Below are positions 29,201-37,269 of a stretch of DNA of 64,000 nt, in pieces. The notes under the pieces are model-generated. The model had not been told where the DNA came from and searched no databases. It saw only the letters and a program-made list of their open reading frames with translations. Both the position numbers and the translations under genes were made by a program. Positions within the stretch are counted from its first letter, which is position 1, and each line of letters opens with the position of its first letter. The DNA comes from an uncultured Sphingomonas sp. (lineage in GTDB: Bacteria; Pseudomonadota; Alphaproteobacteria; Sphingomonadales; Sphingomonadaceae): contig NZ_CAXTHV010000007.1 of assembly GCF_964244265.1 (NCBI RefSeq), forward strand, positions 6,029 through 70,028, written 5' to 3'.

Positions 29201-31209
29201 AGCGCGATCCCGGTCCAGCGCGACAGCGCGATCGTCTTTGCGTCGTTGACATCGATCGCATCGAAGGTGATCGGATCGACCGGGGCGCCGTTGACGAACA
29301 GCGCGACGCGCTGCCCGGGCCGGTGCTGGACGACGATCCGCGTCACCGGCGCGCGCGGATTATAGTCGGCGGTCGGAAACAGCAGCGCGATACCGGGCTC
29401 CCGGCCGGCGAACCAGTCCCGGTCGCCTGCCGCCTCTGCGTCGCTCACCGGGGTAATCGGCAAGGCAGTCGCGGTTGCCGGGGCCTTGCCCGTCGCGCGC
29501 AACTGGAAGTCGACCCGCTTGAGCAGGCCGCCATCGGCCTCGACAAAGCGCGAGATCGCGCTGCCTGCGCTACGTGTGTCGCTGTCGCAGGCGACCGGCT
29601 CGTACGAGGCGGGGATGCTGCCGGTATCGAGCTGGACGATATGACGGCCGGGGCGAATGCCCTCGACATGATAATAGCCGTCCTTGTCCGTCACGACGAA
29701 GGTGCCGTCCTCAAGCACCAGGCGGATGCCGGCGACTCCCTTGCGCCCGCGGCTGGGATCGCCGCAGCCCCCTTCGGTAACGCGGCCGATCAGCGTGAAG
29801 CCGTCGGTGAACAGCAGCGAGGTGATGCGCACCGACGCTGCCGCCTCGTTGCTGGTCACGCCACCGCCACCGGAGGCAAGCACGCGGTTGACCGCTTCGC
29901 CGGTCGGCGCTCCCGGCTTGACCGAAACGACATAGGTGAGGTCGAAAGCGCTGCCGGCGGCGATCGAGGGAAGCGAGAAATCGAGGTTGCGGCCGTCGGT
30001 CGACACCGTGGGCTCGGGCGCGCCCCGCGTCGAGCCGCGCTCGAAGCGCAACCCCACCGGCAGGATGTCGGTGAGGTGGACGTTGGCCGCCGTGCCGCCG
30101 CCGCGGTTGGTCAGCGTGACGCGGTATTGGACGAAATCGCCCGGCGATGCCTCGCGCACCGAGGCGACCTTGGTCAGCAGCAGCGACGTGTCGCCGGCGC
30201 GGTCGAGCGGCACGTCGGTATAGAAGGGATCGGTTTGCGACAGCGTAAAGCTGCCGCCGAACGACGCTCCGGTGATCAGGAAGGGCTTGCCTGTCGGATC
30301 CTTCAGCCGGGCGAGATCGGCCTCCGACCGGGTCGAGGGCGCGGTGTAATTGGGCGGCGGCTCGATGCGCAGGTGATATCGCCCGGCCGCGACCTGGGGG
30401 AACCGATAATTTCCTTGCGGAAGCAGATACGTACGGCCGCTGGCATCGGTTACGCCGCCGCCGCTGACGACGCTTGCCGGATAGCGGCTGATCCCGTCGT
30501 CGCCGAACACCACGGCCGGCTGGCCATTATTGTCAAGCAGCGTGATCCGCGCGCCGTTGACCAGCGCGCCGGTTTGCGAGTCGAAGATGAAACCGGCGGG
30601 ATCGACCAGCATCACAGCCTCCGAGGCCAGGCTGTAATCGTCCTCGGCAAAGCTCAGCCGGAGCTGGTCGCCGCGCAGCAGGGCCGGATCGCAGGCGGCA
30701 AGCGCAGAATCGGCGCCGCTCTCGGGCAAGCCGCCGGCGAACACCCCGGTGTCGGGACCGGTTTCGAGCAGCGGCACGCGGATCGACGAACTTTCGACCG
30801 ACACCGTGATAAAGGATGTTTCGCGAACCGCGGGATCGCGGTTGCCGCCCGGATTATCGAGCACGAGGATGATCGGTTGATTGCCGTCAAGCGCGCGGAG
30901 CGGCGGTGCCCGGGCCAGCGTGGCGGCGTCGATCGGCGACGGCGTGAACTGGCCTCCCGACGTCGCCCGGCAGCTCATGCCCGACAGTTCGTAGCCGACC
31001 GGCAGCAGGCGGAAGCTGAGCCGCGTCGGCAGCTTGACGCGATTGACGTCGAGCGTGACGGTATTCGAGGAAATCGTCCGGCGGCCGCCTGACGCGTCGA
31101 AGCCGAGCGTGGCCGTATTCGCAACCCGCACGTCATCGGCCGCCGCGGGGGCGACGGTCATCAGTCCGATCAGGGCGACCAGGAGCGCGAGGGGACGGAA
31201 AAAGGACAT
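26233..31209 (-). CDS. Large secreted protein (1658 aa): Ig/Cna-like and DUF11 domains plus probable C-terminal outer-membrane beta-barrel
   Basis: Signal peptide, VANTATL...SNTVTL N-hairpin, a complete internal DUF11, SdrD/CnaB-like repeats, and about 800 aa of alternating amphipathic strands ending GPYVTLRLKF plus a short tail. Confidence 0.8.
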   Translation of the reverse strand: MSFFRPLALLVALIGLMTVAPAAADDVRVANTATLGFDASGGRRTISSNTVTLDVNRVKLPTRLSFRLLPVGYELSGMSCRATSGGQFTPSPIDAATLARAPPLRALDGNQPIILVLDNPGGNRDPAVRETSFITVSVESSSIRVPLLETGPDTGVFAGGLPESGADSALAACDPALLRGDQLRLSFAEDDYSLASEAVMLVDPAGFIFDSQTGALVNGARITLLDNNGQPAVVFGDDGISRYPASVVSGGGVTDASGRTYLLPQGNYRFPQVAAGRYHLRIEPPPNYTAPSTRSEADLARLKDPTGKPFLITGASFGGSFTLSQTDPFYTDVPLDRAGDTSLLLTKVASVREASPGDFVQYRVTLTNRGGGTAANVHLTDILPVGLRFERGSTRGAPEPTVSTDGRNLDFSLPSIAAGSAFDLTYVVSVKPGAPTGEAVNRVLASGGGGVTSNEAAASVRITSLLFTDGFTLIGRVTEGGCGDPSRGRKGVAGIRLVLEDGTFVVTDKDGYYHVEGIRPGRHIVQLDTGSIPASYEPVACDSDTRSAGSAISRFVEADGGLLKRVDFQLRATGKAPATATALPITPVSDAEAAGDRDWFAGREPGIALLFPTADYNPRAPVTRIVVQHRPGQRVALFVNGAPVDPITFDAIDVNDAKTIALSRWTGIALNEGDNRIEARVLDANGATVTVLTRLVHSSSIGTRATIVPGMSRLIADGLARPLVAVRVTDRDGRPVRAGTLVPFHVDQPYSAAIDAELEQGNQLAGRDRAQTTARVVGDDGMAFIALQPTTQAGNVHVVVTLADEKISRTSEVRAWLSGAGRDWIVVGFGAGTVGYDTLKTRSSALPRGVKGGVVTDGQLAFYAKGRVKGSWLLTIAYDSDRKLDRTRGLLGTIDPDRYYTVYGDGSRQSYDAPTDRKLYLRLERRDFYALFGDFETGLTDSQLTRYSRTLNGVKAEYQGNRVGFTAFAANTDQLFARDEIQGNGLSGPYRLTGRDIVPNSDKIRIEVRDRLRPELVLSSTQLTRHVDYDIDPVAGTIRFREPVLGRDADLNPTFIVADYETYGADRRLVAGARAAVRIAGGKAQLGASVLRDESVGKATVAGLDLRVKPTPTTELRGEVATGGKFGLGTGRAWLAEVEHHDRRIDLIAYARSQDTTFGLGQQNLVEAGTRKFGIDARAALTDRLAMTLTAWNSRQLDGPGSRTAADVRLEYRRPSGTVFIGGQFADDQGIDGQPRGSRLLTIGGSQALFKGNLTLSGQVQVAPGGDKASVDFPTRQQLMAAWRVRDGIRLLGGYEIAQGKDFTARTARVGFDVAPWTGAKLMATMNRQAIGEDGQRTYAEYGMSQSLPLGRRWTIDFTLDASTTMRGTVPAGAFIDAFATTATGASLGNYLNGNYTALTTAAGYRADRWSWNGRVEYRRSDANTRWGITSDALRSLGQGRTLAASIRYYDLIDKKGAKAASLAADMALAVRPPDSRWSVLERLQLRRESADTGFTGSNILGVSAYGNGFQATLRVINNLAINYRTGGEGDGHGFQATVYYGAKWVRGSFGPDDYQGYVDAVGFELRKDVGRRFDLGVQGTVQHAWSRGAFAFSVGPSVGTAPAKNLWLTAGYNVSGYRDRDFDDDRYTRAGPYVTLRLKFDQLSLGGATRAIFGGGR

Positions 31210-31221
31210 AGCGGGTCGCTG

Positions 31222-31251
31222 TCCGGCGCGCGGGGGCTGCCGCGCGCCGGA
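31222..31251 (-). terminator. Intercistronic stem-loop after the putative major subunit gene
   Basis: Perfect 12-bp inverted repeat TCCGGCGCGCGG / CCGCGCGCCGGA, no U-tract. Confidence 0.55.
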
Positions 31252-31284
31252 GCAAATGCTCCTTTCGAATGAGGGGAATGACCG

Positions 31285-32367
31285 TTAGTTGATTGTCACC
31301 CGGAAGGAGACCGCGGTGCTCGCCCCACCGGCCAGCGTGCCGATCGTGGCGGTAACCGTCTTGGTCGCGGCGTTGAACGACGTCGCGTCATCCTGCGGCG
31401 CACCGGCCAGCGTACAGGTGCCGCCCGGCAGGCCGATTGCGATCGATCCCGCCACATAGGTGGTATTGGCGGGGATCACGTCGGTCAGCGTGACGCCGGT
31501 GGCCGGCGTCAGCAGCGTCGCATTGTTGGCCAGGAGGCAATATTGGACCACCGCGCCCGGCAGCGCCTTTGGATTGATCGTATTGACGCCGTCCGACAGC
31601 ACCAGCGCGGTCTTGGTGACGGTCAGCGCGACATTGTGCGTCGCGACCTCGAACGCGCCATAGGCGCGGCCCTGGCCGTTGCGGGCGACGTCGGCGCCGA
31701 TATTGTCGTCGTCGTCGTCGGCGAACACCACGTCGACGACATTGTCGGCGTTGCCGAGGTTGAGGTCGGTCGGAACCAGCGCCGCGCCCTGCGTGCCCGC
31801 CTGACCGCCGGCCGCGACCGTCACGTGCAGGCTGACATTGGCCTGGGTCGCCGAAGCGGTGGTGGGGACATTGCCGACCAGGAACACCTCGACCGACGCA
31901 TTGGGTGCCAGTTCGTCGACGAACTGCGCGGTATCGACACCCGGATCATAGACGCCGTTGCCGTTCGCATCGACATAGGCCCTGAGATTGAGCATGTCGA
32001 AATTGTCGGTGCCCGGAATCAGCCCGGTCGCGATCGTCGCCTGATCCGGGTCGAGCAGGAAATCCTGCGTCCCGTTGGTCGTGTTGGTCACCTTGAACGC
32101 CATCACCGCGCCGGTCTGGCCCAGATTGACCTGGGTGTTGCCGGGTTGGTCGCGGATCACCGTGAAATTGACCTTGCGGTCGACCACGAAGCTCGCGGTC
32201 GTCGAATTGGTCGTCTGCGGCGTGCCGTTGACGGTATAGCTCACCGCCGCGGTATTGTTGATGGTGGTGCCCGCGGTCGTGCCAGCTGTCTGGGCATGCG
32301 CGGTGCCGATGCTTGCGACTGCGGCCGTTCCCGACAGCAGCAGCAATCTTACCCTGTTCCCGATCAT
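31285..32367 (-). CDS. Secreted DUF11-like protein, putative major filament subunit
   Basis: AGGAG RBS, signal peptide ending AHA, mature start QTAGTTAGTTINNTAAVSY, DANGNGVYD loop, C-terminal LTVTK...PGAVVQY...TDVIP...SFRVTIN-stop. Confidence 0.8.
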   Translation of the reverse strand: MIGNRVRLLLLSGTAAVASIGTAHAQTAGTTAGTTINNTAAVSYTVNGTPQTTNSTTASFVVDRKVNFTVIRDQPGNTQVNLGQTGAVMAFKVTNTTNGTQDFLLDPDQATIATGLIPGTDNFDMLNLRAYVDANGNGVYDPGVDTAQFVDELAPNASVEVFLVGNVPTTASATQANVSLHVTVAAGGQAGTQGAALVPTDLNLGNADNVVDVVFADDDDDNIGADVARNGQGRAYGAFEVATHNVALTVTKTALVLSDGVNTINPKALPGAVVQYCLLANNATLLTPATGVTLTDVIPANTTYVAGSIAIGLPGGTCTLAGAPQDDATSFNAATKTVTATIGTLAGGASTAVSFRVTIN

Positions 32368-32425
32368 TACTGTTACTCCTGAACCAAAAGAGAGAGGGGG
32401 TGCCAAGTGCGGGGGATCCGCACGA

Positions 32426-32899
32426 TCACTTCAGGACGGCCTGAAATGCCAACTGGCCCTGCGCGCCGGCCGCCAGGGGGCCTGCAAGGCGCCACCGCAC
32501 GTTGGTGACATCGTCGGGGCTCGCCGCGCGCAGGGCGCCGGCAACGGTGCGAACGCGAAGGGCGGCGAGCGCGCCATAGGTCTTGCCGTCGACCGAAACG
32601 TCGGGCGCGGGCGAATTGGCGGCGGGGCCGCGATAGGCGATCCCGCGGGGCACCGGATTGTCCAGCACCAGGCCGCTGATCGGCTGGCGCCCGGTGTTGC
32701 GATAGGCCAGCACGAAAATGACGCGATCGCCGGGAACGACCTTTTTCGCCGGACCGAGGATCACGCTGGTGCTGCCGTCGGCGGCGCGGACGCGTTGCTC
32801 GGCCATGACCTTCGACACGACCTGCAACGGACCCGCCGCCATCGCCGCGGTCGAGACCGCCGCCGTGGCGAGCGCGGCGGCGCAGACAGACTTTATCAT
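32426..32899 (-). CDS. Secreted DUF11-like protein, degenerate acceptor (putative chaperone)
   Basis: GAGGAG RBS, signal peptide, VVPGDRVIFVLAYRNTG...LDNPVP...LAFQAVLK-stop. Confidence 0.75.
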   Translation of the reverse strand: MIKSVCAAALATAAVSTAAMAAGPLQVVSKVMAEQRVRAADGSTSVILGPAKKVVPGDRVIFVLAYRNTGRQPISGLVLDNPVPRGIAYRGPAANSPAPDVSVDGKTYGALAALRVRTVAGALRAASPDDVTNVRWRLAGPLAAGAQGQLAFQAVLK

Positions 32900-32910
32900 G
32901 GATGCACTCC

Positions 32911-33903
32911 TCATTGGATCTTGACGCTGAACTGGATGATGCGGGTCGATGCCGCGGCGGCATCGCCGAGCGCGACGTGAATGCCGGCCGGATCGATCGT
33001 GCCGGCATCGGTGTCTCGCGCGTCGCTGAGCGGCTGGTCGTCGAGGGACAGGCTGCCGGCGACATAATCGGTCCCCGCCGGGATCGGATCGTCGACCGCC
33101 ACGCCGCGCGTCGCGGTCGGAAAGCTGGCGACCAGACGATAGGTCACGATGGCCCCGCGGACCGCGCGGCCATTGCCGTCGGGCGACACCACGCTCTGCG
33201 ACTTGACCAGGCCGGGCTGGCCGGTCGCCGGGGTCAGCAACGTCGCCGCGCCGGCCGCGGCACCCGTCCCACCGACGACCGCATCGCCGCCGCCGTCGCC
33301 GGCGCCCGCAAAGACGGTGCCGGGCGCGCCGCTGCCGGTCGTGGCCGCGACCGCCGCCGAAATCCGTGTCGTTGTGGTCACCTGCGCGCCATCGACGATC
33401 ACGAAGATACGCGTCTGCTGCCCCGGGGCGAGGGTCAACGCGGCGCCGGCGGCGATCGCCTGATCGCGGCTCGCATCATAGACGCCGTCATTGTCGGTAT
33501 CGACGGCAATGCGGGTAATCGCGACATTGGCCTGGTCGCTGGCGACGGTCAGCGCAAAATCCTCGGCACCGTTGCCGGTATTGGTCACGACAAAGCCCAC
33601 CGCCACAATAGCGCCGGGCGCAACCGCCATCTGCGCGCGCTCGGCGGCGATCGTGACGTCGAGGACCTCCGCGGCGGTAAGCGACACCGTATTCGACGGC
33701 ACCGAGCGCGGCTGGCCGTTGTCCGACCAGCTCAGCGTCGCGATATTGGCTATGCTGGCGCCCGCCCGCGTGGCTGCGAACGCCGCGCCGGCGGGGGCAA
33801 GGGCATACAGGCACAGCGCCGCCGAGGCCAAGTATCTGGCCCTGCCTTCATCCGCTCCTGTCACCCGCATCGGTCTGCGCAAGTTCATGGGCAAAGCGAG
33901 CAC
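32911..33903 (-). CDS. Secreted DUF11-like protein, putative minor subunit
   Basis: Signal peptide ending AFA, TRAGASIANIATLSW...SNTVSL, DTDNDGVYD loop, C-terminal GLVKSQ...GAIVTY...DDPIP...FSVKIQ-stop. Start may be ATG 33870. Confidence 0.78.
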   Translation of the reverse strand: MLALPMNLRRPMRVTGADEGRARYLASAALCLYALAPAGAAFAATRAGASIANIATLSWSDNGQPRSVPSNTVSLTAAEVLDVTIAAERAQMAVAPGAIVAVGFVVTNTGNGAEDFALTVASDQANVAITRIAVDTDNDGVYDASRDQAIAAGAALTLAPGQQTRIFVIVDGAQVTTTTRISAAVAATTGSGAPGTVFAGAGDGGGDAVVGGTGAAAGAATLLTPATGQPGLVKSQSVVSPDGNGRAVRGAIVTYRLVASFPTATRGVAVDDPIPAGTDYVAGSLSLDDQPLSDARDTDAGTIDPAGIHVALGDAAAASTRIIQFSVKIQ

Positions 33904-33912
33904 GCTTGATCA

Positions 33913-33968
33913 GGTTAAGCGGTCATTACCTCGATCGGCGGTGCCTCGCGGATTGCGACCAAAGTCTA
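33913..33968 (-). promoter_or_regulatory. Candidate regulator sites upstream of the DUF11 operon
   Basis: Minus-strand GTAA-N7-TTAAC (CtrA-like, one mismatch) at 33914-33929, and GAC-CAAA-GTC at 33957-33966. Confidence 0.4.
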
Positions 33969-34049
33969 ATGCCGGGATGATTTCCGGAGCAATGCCCAAG
34001 GCTCCAGCCCGGGTGCGACAAGGACGAGCCGCGCCGAGTCGCGGGCGGC

Positions 34050-34763
34050 TCAGCCGCGGTTCGCCGGGCTCCAGTCGCGGTCGATACAGGCGAGGGCGAT
34101 GCGGGCATCGTGGCGGGCATCGTCGCAGGCGGACTCGTCCCCTTCGGACAAGCGCAGCCAGCTTGCGCTGACCTCGGCGAAACCGAGCGTCCCAGCCACG
34201 CCCGCCAGGCGATGCGCCAACGCATTGGCCGCACCGGCATCGAGCGCGCCCAGCGCTTCGGCCAGCTGATCGCGAAACCGCAAGACCAGCCGCGTCATCT
34301 CGTCCCTGCCGAACACGTCGATCAGTCGGTGGACGCCGGCCAGCCCGCCATCAGGGCGCCAGGGCGCGACCGCGGCAATCAATGAATCGGCAGTGGACGG
34401 CTTGGGCAAACGCCCGTTCATCCCACGCGCCAGTATCTCCGCATCGGTCAGCCGCATCGTCGTATAAGCGAGGATCGGCACGTTACTCAGCGGCGGTCCG
34501 GCGGCGCGGATGGCGGCGGTGGCCGACCAGCCGTCGAGCGAGAGCATGTCGATGTCCATGATGATCAGGTCGGGTGAGGCGCGGGTCGCCACGGCCATCA
34601 CCGCGGCACCATCCTCGACTTCGACGACGTCCCATTGCGCGGCGGACAGGACATTGGCGACAAAGACGCGGTTCGCAGGCTCGTCATCCACGACCATAAC
34701 TATGGGATTTCGCAAGGTTAGCAATCCGTTCCGCACCGAAATGGCCCTAAATTGATTGGACAT
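34050..34763 (-). CDS. Response regulator receiver-Hpt fusion
   Basis: VVDDE, IIMDIDM, LPKP receiver, and C-terminal AHRLAGVAGTLG Hpt motif. Start uncertain (possibly near 34697). Confidence 0.85.
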   Translation of the reverse strand: MSNQFRAISVRNGLLTLRNPIVMVVDDEPANRVFVANVLSAAQWDVVEVEDGAAVMAVATRASPDLIIMDIDMLSLDGWSATAAIRAAGPPLSNVPILAYTTMRLTDAEILARGMNGRLPKPSTADSLIAAVAPWRPDGGLAGVHRLIDVFGRDEMTRLVLRFRDQLAEALGALDAGAANALAHRLAGVAGTLGFAEVSASWLRLSEGDESACDDARHDARIALACIDRDWSPANRG

Positions 34764-34836
34764 GCCACGGGGAAGCGACAGGTTCTTAAACCAGGTGAGG
34801 ACATGGTTCAGGTCCTAACAGGGGGAGTCAAGGCTG

Positions 34837-35484
34837 GTGAACGGCCGGCATGTGCTGATTGCTGATGATCATCCGCTATCACGCGAGGGCGTTGCGCTTG
34901 CCGTACGGGCTGCCCTGCCCGGCATCACGATCGACCATGCCGGATCGATCGGCGAAGCCGAACAGGCGATTGCCCGGCGCAAGACCGGCTATCGGCTGGT
35001 GCTTCTGGACCTGGTTCTTCCTGATGCGCACGGTTTTTCCGGATTCTTTCGGTTGCAGCATCTGCTTGGCGCCGTCCCGATCGTGATCGTATCGGCGCAT
35101 CGCCACAAGAGGATTGTCGAGGCTGCCGGAGTCCTCGGCGCTGCCGGTTTTCTGCACAAGGTCATGCCGCTGGACGATCTGGCGGTGGCGTTGCGAGACA
35201 TAATCGAGGGCAAGGCGATCTTCCCGCCGATGGATATGCCGGCGCTCGATGCACAATCCGCGCGCGACCGAATCACCACGCTGTCCGGTGCCCAGCTCAG
35301 GGTCATGCTGGCGCTCGCCGGCGGCCGTCTCAACAAACAGATCGCCAGCGACCTCGACATCACCGAGGCGACGGTCAAGGCGCACCTGACCTCGATCTTC
35401 CGTAAGCTCGGCGTGCACAACCGGGCGCAGGCGCTCCTCGCCATGCAGCCCCTGCTCGGCGACTCCGGGCCTCACCCAGCATGA
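34837..35484 (+). CDS. LuxR/NarL family response regulator (ErdR/CrbR-like)
   Basis: LIADDHPL, LLDLVLPDAHGFSG, LNKQIA..LDITEATVKAHLTSIFRKLGV. Confidence 0.9.
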   Translation: MNGRHVLIADDHPLSREGVALAVRAALPGITIDHAGSIGEAEQAIARRKTGYRLVLLDLVLPDAHGFSGFFRLQHLLGAVPIVIVSAHRHKRIVEAAGVLGAAGFLHKVMPLDDLAVALRDIIEGKAIFPPMDMPALDAQSARDRITTLSGAQLRVMLALAGGRLNKQIASDLDITEATVKAHLTSIFRKLGVHNRAQALLAMQPLLGDSGPHPA

Positions 35485-37253
35485 CGACCGGTCTCGACGC
35501 CATGGCGCCGCAGCGGCCCAGCATCCTGCGCTTTGTGCTGCTCGCCCTGGCCGTGCCGGTGATCCTGGGAGCGGTTTCGTCCTGGCTGGGATCGGAATAT
35601 GCGACAATCGAGAAAATGCGGCTGCAAGCCCGCACGTCGTTCGATCGCGAAATCCAGACGATCATGCTCGTTGCACGGATTGTCGATGCGGAATCGAGCC
35701 AGCGCGGCTTCGTGATCACTGGCTATCTGCCGTTTCTGAACGGCTATGTTCGGGCGCGGGACGAGGTGATGCGCGCTTTCGAAAAGCTCCAACGCACACG
35801 CGCCGGCGTATCAGACCAGGAACGGCTGCGCGCCGAGTTGCGTGGCCTTGCCGTGCGGCAGTTCGCGAAGATGGACCGGGTCGCGGCGGTGCGTCGCGAT
35901 CAGGGACTCGAGGCGGCCGTCCGGCTGGTTCAGGCGACGCGCGGCAGGAGCTTGATGGATGAAATGCGCGCGGTATCGGCCAGAATGCTGGCCCTTGCCG
36001 AACGCGAACGCGCCGCCCGGGTCGACGCCTATCGACGGCGCGTGGACGTCGACCGCCTGTATATGTGGATCGCTATCATGGTGGTAGGATTGCTGCTGCT
36101 TGCAGCCGCCATCATGCTCTGGCGGCAAAGCAACGCCCGATACCTCTTGCGCCTGGCAGCCCATGGCGTGGCCGAGCGCAACCGTTCGATCCTCGACAGC
36201 ACGATCGACGCCATCGTCATCGTCAATCCCGACGGAACGATCGAGACAATCAACGCCGCAGCTTCCGCCATGCTGGGCTATCGACCCGAAGAACTTGAGC
36301 ACCGCGATGTGTCGGTGCTCGTCCCGCGGTCTGCGGGCTCGACCGCGTTTCACGAACAGATCGGTCTGTTGGATGGTCGACTGGCCAATCGCTATCTTTC
36401 GGATTGCAAGATTGTTCATCGCGATGGCCATGAGATCCCGGTCGACATCGCGCTTGGTATCATGCGGCCTCCCGACGGCGATCATATCGTCGCTTCGGTC
36501 CGCGATATTTCGGATCGGAAGCGGATCGATCGCATGAAGGACGAATTGCTGTCGACTGTGAACCACGAATTGCGTACACCGCTGACCGCGGTCATCGGGG
36601 CGCTCGGTCTGCTGCGCGCAGGCACGGCGGGCACGATCCCGCCATCGGCGACCCGCCTGATCGAGATCACCGAGAACAATTCGCGACGGCTGATCCGGCT
36701 GATCAACGACATGCTCGACATCGACCGGATCCAGTCCGCCCGGCTGCACCTGGAACGGCATCCGATCGATCTGCGCGAGGTCGTGACGCAGGCATGCGGG
36801 GAAGGCCGGGGATTGGCCACCGCCGCGGGAGTCAAGATGGCCTGCATGGTGCCCGAAAGCGTTGTGACGGTAGCCGGTGACGCGGATCGCCTGCTCCAGG
36901 TAATCACCAATCTGGTTTCCAATGCCGTTCGCGTCTCTCCTCCTGGGGGCGTCGTTACGATTGGGCTGACCACCGCCCCGGCAGGAAGCGCGCTCGTCAC
37001 GGTCGACGATGAAGGCCGCGGCGTTCCCATGGAATTCCGCGGCCGAATCTTCGGACGGTTCGAGCGCGCCGAAGGAGAACGGGGCGCCGGCAGTGGACTG
37101 GGCCTCGCCATTTCGCGCGAGATCGTCGATCGGCACGAAGGTTCGTTGTGGTTCGAAGACCGCCCGCAAGGCGGAACGCGCTTCGCCTTCACGCTCGATG
37201 TCGTCCGCGACCGGGAAGCCGATCTGTACGCGATGGAGGCCCGGCAATCTTGA
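35481..37253 (+). CDS. CHASE3-PAS sensor histidine kinase
   Basis: DAESSQRGFVITG (CHASE3), two TMs, PAS (INAAA..MLGY), H-box NHELRTPL, NLVSNA, GSGLGLAIS. Confidence 0.92.
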   Translation: MTTGLDAMAPQRPSILRFVLLALAVPVILGAVSSWLGSEYATIEKMRLQARTSFDREIQTIMLVARIVDAESSQRGFVITGYLPFLNGYVRARDEVMRAFEKLQRTRAGVSDQERLRAELRGLAVRQFAKMDRVAAVRRDQGLEAAVRLVQATRGRSLMDEMRAVSARMLALAERERAARVDAYRRRVDVDRLYMWIAIMVVGLLLLAAAIMLWRQSNARYLLRLAAHGVAERNRSILDSTIDAIVIVNPDGTIETINAAASAMLGYRPEELEHRDVSVLVPRSAGSTAFHEQIGLLDGRLANRYLSDCKIVHRDGHEIPVDIALGIMRPPDGDHIVASVRDISDRKRIDRMKDELLSTVNHELRTPLTAVIGALGLLRAGTAGTIPPSATRLIEITENNSRRLIRLINDMLDIDRIQSARLHLERHPIDLREVVTQACGEGRGLATAAGVKMACMVPESVVTVAGDADRLLQVITNLVSNAVRVSPPGGVVTIGLTTAPAGSALVTVDDEGRGVPMEFRGRIFGRFERAEGERGAGSGLGLAISREIVDRHEGSLWFEDRPQGGTRFAFTLDVVRDREADLYAMEARQS

Positions 37254-37269
37254 TCGCCGCGTCGATCAG

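Noticed and set aside
27787-31092. Long plus-strand ORFs 27787..29202 and 29323..31092
   Set aside because: Antisense shadows of the 1658-aa gene, caused by high-GC codon bias.
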